This document shows, one piece after another, positions 25,674 to 26,019 of a stretch of DNA of 26,019 nucleotides. Position numbers and translations under genes: made by a program. This DNA is from a virus (taxonomy: Duplodnaviria > Caudoviricetes), in the IMG/VR virus record IMGVR_UViG_3300032295_001748, positions 1-26,019 of that record; one strand, written 5' to 3'. Within the stretch, counting starts at the first letter, position 1. Every line of letters starts with the position of its first letter. The notes beneath the pieces are model-generated. The model made no database searches. It saw only the letters and a program-made list of their open reading frames with translations, and was not told where the DNA came from.

Positions 25674-26019
25674 TTATTTCATGTAATCAGCAATTAAAAC
25701 ATCACCTGAAATTGGTGCTGTTGTCATTGAAATTGTATTTGTTGTAATTGTATAATCATTGCCTGCACCGCTCTTTTGGCGAACACCATTCAAGAACAAT
25801 TTCAATGTGCCTGCTGTTGGTGTATTTGCAAGAGTGAATGTCACATTGGAACCATTGATTGTCCCTGATGGTGTTTCCTCTGTCACAAAATTTGATGGTG
25901 ACAAAGTTCCTGCAGTATCCTGTACATAAGTTACCGCCGTCGAGCCGAGCGTTCCGCCCGTATTCGAAGTACAATAGAATCTTTTATCGCCATACAAAGT
26001 ACCAGCATCTACATAAACC
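25674..26019 (-). CDS. 3' end of a fibre/structural protein (5' part outside the window)
   Basis: Frame is open to the window edge (VYVDAGTLYGDKRFYCTSN...). Ends in a beta-sandwich repeat ETPSG..NGSNVTFTL..LFLNGVRQ..DYTI..AP.SGD typical of phage structural proteins. Confidence 0.7.
   Translation of the reverse strand, partial: VYVDAGTLYGDKRFYCTSNTGGTLGSTAVTYVQDTAGTLSPSNFVTEETPSGTINGSNVTFTLANTPTAGTLKLFLNGVRQKSGAGNDYTITTNTISMTTAPISGDVLIADYMK

Noticed and set aside
1-26019. Alternative genetic code, introns, inteins or tRNA genes
   Set aside because: Genes tile densely under the standard code with TAA, TGA and TAG stops; core proteins are uninterrupted; no cloverleaf was seen in the short intergenic gaps.

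Overview
This window is a 26 kb segment of an AT-rich tailed dsDNA phage genome (siphovirus-type, HK97-like head). Every credible gene is on the minus strand. In transcription order (right to left) it contains: two fibre-like virion genes, a metallophosphoesterase, a candidate unimolecular spanin, a ParB-N/TET-JBP dioxygenase pair coupled to terS-terL, a portal-MuF fusion, a multi-domain prohead protease, the major capsid protein, head-tail joining genes, a GT2 glycosyltransferase embedded in the tail operon, a tail tube gene, tail assembly chaperones with an apparent +1 frameshift (TTT TTT CGT), a 1366 aa tape measure and tail-tip genes. A strong terminator follows. An early region then begins with duplicated Bacteroidota-like promoter/leader cassettes and continues with small ORFs, an HTH protein, a Sak4-like ATPase, a PD-(D/E)xK nuclease and a truncated ORF at the edge. 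The best candidates for an undescribed system are the packaging-linked TET/JBP cassette with no adjacent partner enzyme and the tail-operon glycosyltransferase. All calls come from motif recognition and synteny by eye; no database searches were run.
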